A stretch of DNA of 60,932 nt, filler included, from Hausera hauseri (GCA_046269625.1; 12 parts of 12 records of this genome joined end to end with filler, not necessarily neighbours in it); one strand, 5' to 3'. Shown: positions 38,820-50,891, counted from the first letter of the whole stretch. Translations and numbers: made by a program. The notes: a model not told the origin generated them from the sequence alone.

Positions 38820-40574
38820 GGTAAAGCAACATTCAATGCCTGAAGCCAATCATAAACGTTCAATTTGTTTCGTTGAAATTTGAGATGCAATTTGAATACA
38901 ATAGCAGTGTCGTGTAAATCTTTCGTAATACTCGTCTTGGAATCCAAATGGAGTTTTGTTCGTGACGTAATGAAAAGGATTTATCAATGCATTTTCAATG
39001 GTGTGTTTCACAGAGGGATTAACACTGAGTTTCAACAGTTCGATTTTACCGATATAAAGAAGACCGTAGTTGTCCATAACGGTATGGTGTTTAAATGGTC
39101 GATAATGCAATCTAACAACCACTCGGTAAATTGAGTTTGGATAGACTTCGACTTTATCTGAGCACTTTTTATCAATGATTCTTTTAATTCACTGCGTGAC
39201 ATTTTTGTAAAATTTGGAGTAGAATTGCTGGACGTAACATTGGTGTTCGTTAATCCAACTAACTTTTGTTCAGCATTATGCATCAAATTGCATATGTCGG
39301 GATTATTTCCTTTACAATACAACAGTTTGGCATTAGCTCGTTATACACTTTCAACAATATCCTCCGGTGATTGTGATCGGATAACCTGAATAATGTGTAA
39401 CATTTTCTCCGATCGTGCAAGTCCACAATCCAAATGCATTTTCAAAATCCAATAGAATTTATTGACTATCCGGCTATCAGAAATGTGCGAGATCAACTCA
39501 AACAAACATTCCGAAAAATGGTAAAGAAGTCGAATTTGACTGGTATGGTTCTTTATCGGGAGCCAATTTGATATTTGACTATATGATAATTCGCTAATGG
39601 TAAATGTCTGTTCAGAGAACCCTTCTGAATTCACAAAATGTTCAACTAAACAATATTTATAATGAGCGATAACGTTTGTCATCGAAAAACTCGAACAAAA
39701 GAACAAATCCGTAACGACGTATTTGTAAACTGGCCCACCCAATTGGAATGTAAACGAGTTCAAAACCAACGACGTTATGAAAGAATTAACCAAATCCGAT
39801 GGATTTGTGGTTGGAAATAGTTCGGTAAATATTTGAGGTAAACAGCGAATCGTTAGTAAGGATGCGAGTTTCTCCATAGTCGTTGATAATCCCATGAGAA
39901 TAGCGACCGAAGTGCTGTCGGAATGTTTCCCTAGCATTTCAATCAAACTCTGCAAAACCGAACAATTAAATTGTTCAATATCCTCAAGAACCAACACAAT
40001 TTGTTTGTTATTGTGAAGCTCACCAGCAGGAACGTAATTGGTCAAGGCCTCAACAGAATATTTCAACAAACTGACGATATTCATTTGAGTCAAATAATCG
40101 GCCGGAATAATAGATTTCACAATAATTTCTATAGCTTTTCTTGTTGTTTTACAACCAGCTGAATTCAACCGAATGATTTACCGATTACTGGAAAATGCGG
40201 TCGACAAAGAACTGAATGTTTTCTCATGGTCTGTAGTATTTGAACCAAGCACCAGAACACCAACGGGAATCGCGTCGGATTGTTTGTTAATCCATTTTTC
40301 GTAATTTGTTTCGAGAAAATTTTCAATTGATTGAAAAGGAAGACGGTTTATTTGTGAATATAACGACTAAATTTTCAGTATTTGATAAACAAGACAATAT
40401 ATGTACTTCTGTTATTCTGTCGAACTCCTCAATACAAACATCATATAGCTTTCTGCGCCACCCATACCCATTGACTAAACCAGTATTGACACTAGTTTCT
40501 TTACCCTTTGTCTTTTTATAACAGTGAAATTCCTATAAACAAAATATAAAAAGTTGATTCACACATAAAGACAT
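38820..40574 (-). pseudogene. ORC3: Origin recognition complex subunit 3, disrupted and 3'-truncated
   Basis: IPVGVLVLGSNTTDH, IVLVLEDIEQF..VLQSLI, MGLSTT, YKYCLVEHF, ALINPFHY, DTAIVFKLH...NVYDWLQA; several stops and frameshifts. Confidence 0.85.
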
Positions 40575-41279
40575 GAGAACTAAATAATTAAATTTACAGT
40601 ACATATTATAAATGCATGTATTGACATGCTTCAAAAACAAAAAAAATAAAATTAGAAATAAAAAAGTATGAGCCTTAAAACTGGCATCTTTTCATCGTGA
40701 ATATTTAAACAAAAATAAAAGTTTCGCATTCTGGTACTCGTACAATATTTCCAATCTAACTGACCATTTCGAGATACTTAAAAGTTGATGTTATTTTTGA
40801 AACTAACCCGAATTATCATGATGCTTTGAGCACTCTCTACCCAAGAGTGTTTAATTGCATCAGCACAATCCTACAGCATGACAAAACTCCAACTCNNNNN
40901 NNNNNNNNNNNNNNNNNNNNNNNNNNNNNNNNNNNNNNNTTAATTAATTAANNNNNNNNNNNNNNNNNNNNNNNNNNNNNNNNNNNNNNNNNNNNATACA
41001 ACCGGGAATTTCTGAGCGAATATTCGCTGTACTGTGGCTTTTTGAGAGACTCGCGAAGTGTCACCTGCTGAATTGTTTTCCAAAGATATTTTGTAAATAA
41101 GACAAACGTGAAAAGAAACTGCATCCATACTTATATCAAATTTGTTTATACCGGTTTGTTTTCATTGTAAACAATAGACATTTACATTGTGAGTATTGTC
41201 TTGTATCACATTGATACAAATTACTTCCACGTCATTGAAGCCCCTGACACTGTTTCGTTCCGTTATTGACGAAGTCATT

Positions 41280-41745
41280 TATAATAAATGTGTATAATTT
41301 CCATTATAACACATTTACATTCTGCACATTGGTGGGTTAATTTGGTGGAACACATTTAACAAACAACGAGATGGCCGCATATTAAGAATTCTGTATCCAC
41401 TTTTCTTTGCTTACATAGTACACGCATAAACGGACAGTCTCATACTTTGTCCATTATTTTTTCTTTCAAGTTCGTTAATTCACCGCGTATTTTTTCAACA
41501 GTATTAAAGTAATTTGTGTCGTACAATCGGTGAATGTACATTTGATTTAACATAATAATTAGATTATCTATACAGCTACAATCTGTTGCTGTCATCAATG
41601 CAATTGACGCTAAACCTTTAAATCCCAAATCACCTTTTGGTCTCGCAACCATTTCACTATCAAGCACTTTCCACCATCGTATCAAATATAGAATTGGTAA
41701 TCCATCAAAATTTTTCAATTACTTCAGTTGATTAACTATTTCCAT
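41280..41745 (-). pseudogene. C-terminal RING finger (IAP/MDM2-like) E3 ligase
   Basis: In frame after ORF 41440..41718: M(R)VLCKQRKVDTEFLICGHLVVC*MCSTKLTHQCAECK. TATAAATA at 41770-41777 upstream. Confidence 0.7.
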
Positions 41746-41855
41746 GATGATTATTATTATTACTACCTGTATTTATAGTTTTTGAATTATTCAACTGACC
41801 AATACGGCGGACCTTATTTACGGAAACAAAAAACGAAACAGAGAAATACATTTAT

Positions 41856-42330
41856 TTATTTGCATGAAATATAGTCAATACAAAGCCGTATACATTTTTT
41901 GTAAGCACAATTCGGTCCATGATCACGATACGGACATTTAATTTTGTGACGTATTATCGCCAGCGATCTGTTCGATGTTGAATACGTCGTCATTCGCAAC
42001 TCGGAAAACTGTGAATGTAGTTGTGTAAACTTTTGTCCGTCAACTTGATCTCTAATGTAAAATATTGCATTTTCAACATCAAAACGATAACAAATGTCTC
42101 GCATGATACATGATACGCAAAATGTTCCAATAAAGTCCATGACAACATCGTATGTGATATCCATTGTTATATTTCGCTTTTTCTGTAAACCGATTCCACA
42201 TTACAGCGGGCTTGAATACATACACAAGCGGTTTGAAAATGTTACTGACGTTCATAATTCATAATTCCTTTATTATGTACTGGGCATTATCATGTTGGAA
42301 AGCTTTAATATCTATAAATCCTGCCGCCAT
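41856..42330 (-). pseudogene. DnaQ-fold nuclease-like protein with an E..C..H..C motif
   Basis: Manual translation MAAGFIDIKAF...IIKEL*I...YVFKP...HGLYWN, then a frameshift into ...CPYRDHGPNCAYKKC. Confidence 0.55.
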
Positions 42331-42386
42331 TTTTTTTATAACACAAACAAAACAACTAACTATTATTATTATTATTATCACAATCA

Positions 42387-42857
42387 TTAAACATAGGTGG
42401 TTTTATCCATATCACCAAAGCCAAATTCTTTGAGTTTATTTTGCATCGATTGATTGATACAAAACAGTCTCCATTGTTCCAGTGACATAACACTGAATTC
42501 CGCTTCTTCACAGTGAAGAAAAACGATTTGTGCGATTGCACTGCATTTCGAAAAAGCATACGGTTCGCTGGATTGGTTCTCCAGCAACACCTTAATTTCA
42601 CCACGAAAATCTGAATCAATGACGCCTCCCATAACCGTCAGTCCCAGCTTCGCCAGTCCACTTTTCGATAAAAGTTGGCCGTAGTAACCGGGTGGAATCG
42701 CCAATCGAATCTCAGTCGTTATGCATTTGATTGTACTGTCCGGAATTGTCGTATTGACATTGGAAAACACATCGTAGCATGCACTGTTTGCTGTAACACG
42801 TCTTGGTACAAAAATATTTTCATCTGTTAAGATAATCTTTACATTATTCATTACCAT
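42387..42857 (-). CDS. dut: dUTPase (trimeric type)
   Basis: ACYDV, KSGLA, GVIDSDFRGEI, AIAQ and a C-terminal GFG (motifs 1-5); frame open. Confidence 0.9.
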   Translation of the reverse strand: MVMNNVKIILTDENIFVPRRVTANSACYDVFSNVNTTIPDSTIKCITTEIRLAIPPGYYGQLLSKSGLAKLGLTVMGGVIDSDFRGEIKVLLENQSSEPYAFSKCSAIAQIVFLHCEEAEFSVMSLEQWRLFCINQSMQNKLKEFGFGDMDKTTYV

Positions 42858-42999
42858 TATTCTTATTCCTATACCAATATTAAAATTAAAAATATATTTA
42901 TACTCGTTAATTGGGTTGATGAAAGAAGAACAAAGATAAAACAAAACAAAACAACACTCAATAATACTTATGGTAATTAAAATGTACTTCAGCTACACA

Positions 43000-43610
43000 C
43001 TAAATCGGGCTTCTTATACCGGCTTTTTCCTTGTATCCTTGCAATTCAGTGTTCAGTCGACACTTAAAATCATCATCGGCTGCATTAAAAATTTTGTGGC
43101 CAATAAAATCAAACAATTTCGTTTTCTGAGCCGGTAAAACGGCAGAGTGCTGTTGCACGATCGTTTCGTTCAACATTAAATCCATGTGTAATTGATGTAG
43201 AGCATCAGAGAGTTTATTCAAATATTCACCCGAAAGCCATTGTCCACGATATCTGTACTTGGGTGCGCATAGAGACACGGAATCACTCAGTGAAATCAGT
43301 ACGGACGTTTGAGGAAAATGCATTTCATACTTGCGAAAAATTCGTTTCGGTAAAAATGTTTGTGTTTGGCGCGACGGTTTTGATTTTCGTTTATGTATGC
43401 CAATCATTGATTTTGCCTTTTTAACGTCGATTTTGCTGTTGCTGATGATTTTTGAGCAAGTTCCTGTTTCGTTTCCAGACAATCGACATCATAATTGCCC
43501 TGCAGACTATCGCCATTAGAATTATTATACGGTTTTTCTAATTGTGGGACAGGTTTTGCTTTCGGTTCTAGAAATTTGACATTAGATTTGTCCTTTTTGT
43601 AGCCAAACAA
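43000..43610 (-). pseudogene. Unknown Polinton accessory protein
   Basis: Frameshift-linked ORFs 43404..43610 and 43000..43482 between the TBP-like gene and dUTPase. Confidence 0.4.
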
Positions 43611-43769
43611 TCACGACCAATCTGAACTTTCATCATTCTCACAACCACAATCATCATGATCATCATTGAGCAGAATCGTTTTGTCGTCGTTTTCCATGGC
43701 AGTAATGTCTGAATGAGCATGGTATTGATATTTATAGTTTGTCTTTGTTGTGTAGAGTACATTATTTTG

Positions 43770-44227
43770 ATTCACTAAAACATTTATGTGGTTTTTAATT
43801 TGATTAATAATCGGTTCATAGTCCACTGTTCGAATACCGAGTACAACAATTTTTCCACTGTTAAACATATTGACAAAAGTGGGCAAAACAATGTGAGTCT
43901 TAGTGCAGGAAACAGTTCGAGTTCATATGTACATTCAGTGGCCATTGATAATTTGTACATATTAATTGATGGACAGTCAAACTGAGTCGTTATCGTTATT
44001 GATTGAATTTGGTCAATGATAATTCGGAATAGCAGTAGTTTATTGTTACTGTCATCTGTGATTTGTTTGCGACAACCTATAATACGACACTTTTCTGATT
44101 GAAATATGATGCATGTAAAATCCGGTGGACACTTGTGTACATACTGCCTCGGCTTCCATTGATTAAAAGGTAGTGTGTTAATATCACACTCGGTAACATG
44201 TCCGCGATAGTTGATATTAGCTAACAT
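43770..44227 (-). pseudogene. Divergent TATA-box-binding protein (TBP)-like gene, one frameshift
   Basis: Two TBP repeats: NINYRG..TCIIFQSEKCRIIG and IQSITIT..INMYKL..YELELFPAL..VNMFNSGKIVVLG, compared with canonical TALIFSSGKMVCTG, YEPELFPGL and LIFVSGKVVLTG. Confidence 0.8.
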
Positions 44228-44329
44228 TATGGAACCAGCGTTTTACTGTAGCTATTTATATGCGTGTAACACGATTACAAACAAATCATGTAATGAGGAA
44301 AGGTTGTATTATTATTATTACTTTTATTA

Positions 44330-44970
44330 GATGAAGCCATTTTCAAGATTGTAGGCCCCAGTGGAAGTGGAAGAACACTTTCTGTGTAAATTATTGCAGA
44401 ACTACCGTGACATGTTCCATTCACCGCGGTACAATCACATATACTGACATCAGGATGTTGGTGATGATGGTGAGTCCGGTTTGACACAAGGGGAATTTTG
44501 TAAACTGAAATCGATAACGGTAATTGATGGGTTTGATCAGTACTGGTCAGAGATTACGCGACGATAACATTATTGTCATTGACGATTTATTTCAAAAAAC
44601 AACGAAACAATCGGACTTCAACAACCTGTTCACGAAGATTGCACGGCACCGTGGTGTGACAGCTATTTTCATTACACAAAACATGTTCCATTAGGGCGGA
44701 CAACATCGAACAAGAAATCTAAACGTACACTATTTGGTGTTTTTCATAAATCTCCGTGATCAGACTATCATTTATTATGTTGCACGACAAGCATTTCCTC
44801 ACAATCGAGCCTACTTGATAGATGCATATCATGATGCTACGACCGAGCCACACGGATACTTGTTTATCAACTTTACACAACAGTGTCCCGATGACATGCG
44901 TGTACGAACAGACATTTTCAATCAGGTTGGTGTATGTGTCTATAAACAAATTCGAAAATCGACGACATGA
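44330..44970 (+). pseudogene. Polinton packaging ATPase
   Basis: IVGPSGSGRT (Walker A), IVIDDLF (Walker B), ARHRGVTAIFITQN and GYLFIN. Confidence 0.9.
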
Positions 44971-45142
44971 TTATGATGAAAATGAAGAATTTCCGAAAAA
45001 CGATTGTTAAACGTAAACCTACAAAGCGGATGTCCGGCAAGAAACGTGTATCAAGACGAACCACTACAGTCAAACGAATAATTAATTTTTTGCTTCGAAC
45101 AACAGATGCTAGACGCAAATTACCGTCACAGTGGCAACGGTT

Positions 45143-45529
45143 ATGAACAACTACAACTCATCAGCAGCATCAATACGTTCACAAAAAAGCATGCGATTCA
45201 AGCGTAGTCAGCCGTACTTTATTGCCTTGCTCAAAGCACCTACGAGGCATAAACGAAACATGCTGCGGTCATTCCCGCAATTTGTAGTAGGCGATTTGAT
45301 GGAAATTTTATACAATATCGTTGTGGGTCACGTTGACATTTGTAGTGGAAACCTGAATTTACTAAAGTATCGAAAACGATTCATTGGCCTTGCCAACGCC
45401 CGTAGTAAACGACTGAAACGGGAGGTCATGTACCTGCAAGACGGCGGATTCCTTGGTGCAATTCTACCGCTTGTCACGTCATTATTGGGTGGTCTCATCG
45501 GTACTGCAGCAGCACAGTATAAACAATAA
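45143..45529 (+). CDS. pX-like Polinton protein (open copy)
   Basis: Ends LQDGGFLGAILPLVTSLLGGLIG; preceded by a K/R-rich small ORF at 44967-45130. Confidence 0.7.
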   Translation: MNNYNSSAASIRSQKSMRFKRSQPYFIALLKAPTRHKRNMLRSFPQFVVGDLMEILYNIVVGHVDICSGNLNLLKYRKRFIGLANARSKRLKREVMYLQDGGFLGAILPLVTSLLGGLIGTAAAQYKQ

Positions 45530-45642
45530 CGGTAAGTATATGGTAATTTAGCAATATGGGTGCATGGTTTTCATCTTTCTGTCCCAGTTTACCGAATCTT
45601 TCATTTACGTTTCGTTCTAAACCGACAGCATTTACGGTAACG

Positions 45643-45792
45643 ATGGGCGACGTGTGGTTTGACCCACGTCATCCCGTCGGGTATACTGTCGTCCACAAAC
45701 TGGCAGACTGTCAAACATACTCGGCAACAGACCAAACTTTGGATCGGGAAACAGTTAGCATACAGCCTAAACAAACCGATAAGAATGCGGTT
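45643..45792 (+). pseudogene. Polinton integrase N-terminus
   Basis: MGDVWFDPRHPVGYT, as in contigs 2 and 3. Confidence 0.8.
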
Positions 45793-46182
45793 NNNNNNNN
45801 NNNNNNNNNNNNNNNNNNNNNNNNNNNNNNNNNNNNTTAATTAATTAANNNNNNNNNNNNNNNNNNNNNNNNNNNNNNNNNNNNNNNNNNNNATACTGGT
45901 CTGTGTTAATTGACCCTCATGTGTCGGGTTTTATTCGCCAAACAAATGATCCAGTGTTGTGTTCTTCTTTTCCATTGTTTGATTGTCAATTGTTGGATTG
46001 CAATTTTGCCAATGTAAAAAGTGACAAACAAATGACAGACACTGCGTTATATATTAAATCAATACGCACATGTCTTAACTTCATTGATACACACATCTTA
46101 ATTTCTATTGGTCTGAATTCCTATTGGCTAGACATTAGTATATCAATAACAATAAAGACTTACAATTTCTTTCGCACAAAAA

Positions 46183-46500
46183 ATGATCTGCTCAATATGT
46201 TTCGATCAATGTTCAACATACAATGTCAAAATGGTTGGGTGCATCCATCATCACTGCCTCAACTGTTTTGTAGACTGGTCTAAACATAAACCGACCTGTC
46301 CTTTGTGTCGAAACGAAAGTCAATAGTTGAATTATTCAATGGAACAGGAATGCTAATTTCGACATCTTTAATAAACAAATTAAAGAAACACAAAAACAAT
46401 GAATGTCCCATTTGCCTAGGAAATTCAGTTGGGTTTTCCGTTTAAGTACGTGGTTGTTATGAACCTAACCAACTACAATGTATCAATTGCTTCATCAATT
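46183..46500 (+). pseudogene. RING finger(s): one complete C3HC4 mini-ORF (46183-46326) plus a degenerate second RING
   Basis: MICSICFDQ..GCIHHHCLNCFVDWSKHKPTCPLCRN*, then ECPICLG...CINCF. Confidence 0.7.
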
Positions 46501-46599
46501 TTGGAAAAATCATTGTTCTTTTTGTAAAAAGAAAAGGAGGTAGTACAATTATCTCCCATTCCAGTACAACACCAGTGGGTACGAGGGGTTAATTGACGA

Positions 46600-49500
46600 C
46601 GAAGGCCACTCCGAGGACAATATTGCAATGCACCTAACTCAAGACAATTAACACAGAGAATAATTAATCAAGAACTATACTGCCAAACACGTTAAAAAGT
46701 ACATCAAGTAAACGTAAATGATTTAAGTATAAGACACAACCAGACAGATTATAGTATCCGACAGCTAATTAGAGAAATACAGGATATACCTCGACAAAGA
46801 GGAGACGATAAAACAGAGGCAAGTGTTATAAATACTAATTCAAGACTAGACAGAATCGAGGATAGAACTACACAAATAGAACAGAAAGTGAACGATAGTA
46901 ATATAAATTTAAACGAATTGGAGGAGAAAAATGCTCAACTATAACAAAATATAAATACCCATTCCAGACACATATATAATTTACGAAAACAGACTATTGA
47001 TCATATAGAAGCAATACATAGAAATAGAGAACAGATTGATAATAACGAGAAGCAAGCGAGACAAAGATTAAATGGAATATGAAACCAAGTAGCAATTATA
47101 GTATGTGAGCAAGAACAAATACAAGGGGAAAACAATTACACCAGAAATCAAATAGGAACGTTAACCCGAGGGATACACCAACTAAATGAACGTCTCGAAC
47201 TAGTAAGGACAGGGGAAATGATAACTCGACGGCAGGAAAAAGTACAATCACCAGAGATTTCTGCGGAACTAAGTTCCATATCTTGTGAAATCTCTGACAC
47301 CGACAGCAACAACATGGAGCCGCTAAGAAATAACAGAGATCCGTTGGCTCACCAAGATGAGCGCAACTGTGCTCCAAATAATAATGCCGGTTATGGCCTA
47401 TTAAACTGTAATGAAAGAGAAGAGAAGAAAAATACCAAATGCTTCCTCGCCTTCAACCATATGAAGGGCGAGTATCAGGTTTGAGGATTTTTCAGACAAA
47501 TATGAATCATTAGCAACAGCCATTCATTGGGATGACGCAAAGGAAATATCCCTCTTACCAGTACATGTGAGTAATGATCTGAGAATGGCAATAACCCGCC
47601 TACCTAGACGAAATGATGAAACTTGGACACAACATCGCGAAAGTATTCTACAAAATCAACAGGTTAATATACAAGAAAATCGATATCTAAAATTCTAAAA
47701 CTGTAGACATAAACCAAATGAGGAAGTTTTGACATACATTAACAGACTTAAAGCAGCAATGAATAAATATTTTGGCCCAAATGCACACGCTTTTAGTGCC
47801 ATGATCATGAAACAATTTGTACTTGGACTCTTACCACCCTTACAAGAAGGAGTTAAATTCCACACAGCCAATAATTTTAACAAGCTGATAGAGTATACCC
47901 GACGAATGGCAACCCGCATAGATGAAACACCCTCATGGACTAATCTAACGCAGATCGCATTAGTAGCCACGACACCATTACTAGTAAGGCCAGACGTACC
48001 AAATCGTAGCACTTCATCTTGGAGAGACTCTTCCAGAAGCCAAAGCCCTAGTCGACAAGGCAATAATACACCGCAGAGAAGCAGTACTCCAGTAAGAGGA
48101 AACTACAACCAATCATCTAGAGACTATAACAATAATGAAAAGAACATACAATATCAAAGAAATAGAGAAAACTGTGATGATCGACAGCGAAATGACACAA
48201 GACACGGTAGACCACGAGATTACTCAAGAGATAGCAATGATAACAGAAATCGATTCCCTAGCATAGAAAGGTACAACAATGCTCAAAATTCCGGTCGCCA
48301 TGAGAATAAAAACAGTCAAATGAACTCATTTTATAAACGAGATGATAGCATAACACGATATCCAAATAATCGTTCGGAAAGATCAAGGCCTAACTATTTT
48401 AATGATAGACGAAACAAAAGTCGCGAAAGGTTTAGAAGAGATGGTAGTCGCGAAAGATATGGTAACTTCAATAGAAACGATAGCGAAGAAAGAGATGACC
48501 GACGAGGTGATAGCAGCGACAGGTATAACCCTAAAAACAATAACAGAAATAGGTATAATGATTCAAGATTTAGAAACTACGAGAGAAGACGCGACTATAC
48601 ACCGCCTCGATGAGATTAGGATGGGTACAATAGGAATCCCAGTCCATATCCCCAAAGAGACCGAAATAGGACCTCTTCTCCCAGAGCAAATAACAATGAT
48701 TCTAGGATATACCCGACCATCGGACTATAGTTTCAGACGAAATGACTCACCGATAAACAGAAATACTTTTTCATTCATTCATGATAGGAATTTGACACTG
48801 GAATATCCTAAGTACTCAAATGAAATAAAGTTAGTTTCAACAATACCATCTAATAATAGTTCCATAAAGGAGAAAGGGAACTCTCCAGATAATAGAAAAG
48901 GCAATAGCAACGAAAGGATCGTCTCACCCCGTCGTTCAGTAACCTTCAATGAACAAACTAAATCAGCCTTCACGGGTTTATTAATGGCAAGACCAATAGT
49001 AAAACACCATCAAGTTGTATCGAAACTATTATCCAATATTTCCATTTTGGAAAAACCGTTCATAACAAGAAATTACTTGGAACAAGCAGAGCGAAAAGTA
49101 CCAGATATATAAAATAATACACTTCCAAATATGCTATGGTTAGAAACTAAAGAAATTAAGAACTTACTTTTAACTTTTATAGAAGTAGAAAAAACTATCA
49201 AAGATGAGCAGGGATCGGAAATTAATCGAATAAGAATGGAGAACATCTAAGGTAATTTAATAATTCAGTTAGAAAACGTACACCTAGAAAAAGAAAAATG
49301 TTCCGAGAACTTTAGACAGTTACTCTGTGGAAAACTTATCTTTGGAATAGATTTACCTTGGTTATTTAAACGAATACAGTTAAAAGAAATAAATGTCTTT
49401 CGTACATTTAGTATAGACCAGAATTTTAACCTACCAAACGAACAATGGAAAAGAGAAGGTACATTATCGCAGCGATTAATCAACTTACGACAAGAATACA

Positions 49501-50891
49501 TGATCAAGCTTAACCATCAGGGATCTCCGTATTATATTTTTTAAGCAGACTCTTGTTTAAAGATGACAGACATTTTTAACAAGAAATAACATGTAACACC
49601 ACTCTGATTCCGGAAGCAAAATTACAACGTATNNNNNNNNNNAACCATCAGGGATCTCCGTATTATATTTTCCCAAGAAGGCCCTTTTTTAATTGTGACA
49701 AACATTCTCAACAATAAATGACACGTAATACTACTTTGATACCAGAAGTAACATTACAACGTATGGGTGTAAACATATTACAGGATTGGGATAAAATATT
49801 CGCTGGCAAGAAATCTAGTCGAATAGAGTATGCAAATAGTACCGAACAAGGATCAATTTGTATGGAAGGTATTGATAAAGTCTATCTAAAAAAGACTGAC
49901 ATTCAGGTTAAAAGAAGCGATCCACCATGTACTATAAATACTAATCAGGGAGAAGCCCGGTTACAAATCAACAATAAAACGGTAATAGTTTCCAAAGAAA
50001 CTATGATATTTCCTAATTATCCCTACGAAGGAGATTGTCAAATTCAACCTTTAGATAATTGTCCGATATACTTAATACAATTGCTCAAGGAAACACCCGT
50101 GTTAACTGTGGACGAATCCGTAACACAAGGCAGAGAAATAATTCTTACAGAAAGATGTATAATCAAAGGAGACCAGAAAGGACTTACTCAAGTTACTACC
50201 AAAAATCTAGAAGGAAAAACAATTCTCAATATTCATGTGTATTCAAACATACCAGATACTACAAAATACACAGAATATAGTAGACGGTCTAACCCTCAAC
50301 GACAAGAGTCGGTAAGCGAATTTATGAATAAATATTTATCGGGAAAAGCAATCATCGGACGCCAGTTACCAGAACTATTAAATACGTTGAAAATAAATCC
50401 AGTACATCTAAGTGCCATTTACGACCTGGAACAGACCAACAGAACGTACAAATGTTTGGACTTATATCATGGTCATAACTCAGAAATTATGGCACAGTGA
50501 TGTCTAGACGAATACTTAAAGATGATACGAGTAGAATACAATATACCATGGATAATAGAAAACCAGAAAACATTACGAATAGCTTTTCCATTAATACGAA
50601 AACTCGTGAAAACTGAGGAATCAAGAGCAATTCCAGTAATCGAACCAATTGCTCAAAGACATCCTGATATAGACTCTGATGAATATTCACATGAGCTTGT
50701 CAGAACAAGACCAACCGGAGACTGGACAGAACCTTATAACAATGGACTAGTTGCACCACTTTCACAACCAAAGGTCCCACCCCAACAACCAACCTTATTC
50801 GAGAATGTTTGGGATTCAATACGGCCAAGTACATCCAAAAAGAAACAAGTAGTCGATGATGATGAAATATTTGAAATCTTAGAAGATGATG
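46600..50891 (+). pseudogene. gag: LTR retrotransposon gag-like region: coiled-coil, capsid, R/D/N/S-rich tail and long unknown extension
   Basis: PYEG...DKYESLATAIHWDD, KPNEEVLTYINRL and QFVLGL capsid motifs; no protease motif before the contig end. Confidence 0.65.

Larger units (their letters stand above)
40996..45792. mobile_element. Polinton segment: divergently arranged accessory genes (minus) and ATPase/basic/pX/integrase module (plus)
   Basis: The ATPase-basic-pX-INT block matches contigs 2 and 3, and compact intronless small ORFs adjoin it. Confidence 0.8.

Noticed and set aside
49510-49762. Tandem ~130-bp repeat in the gag extension
   Set aside because: The two copies flank a 10-N gap, so this is most likely overlapping ends of two diverged copies scaffolded together.
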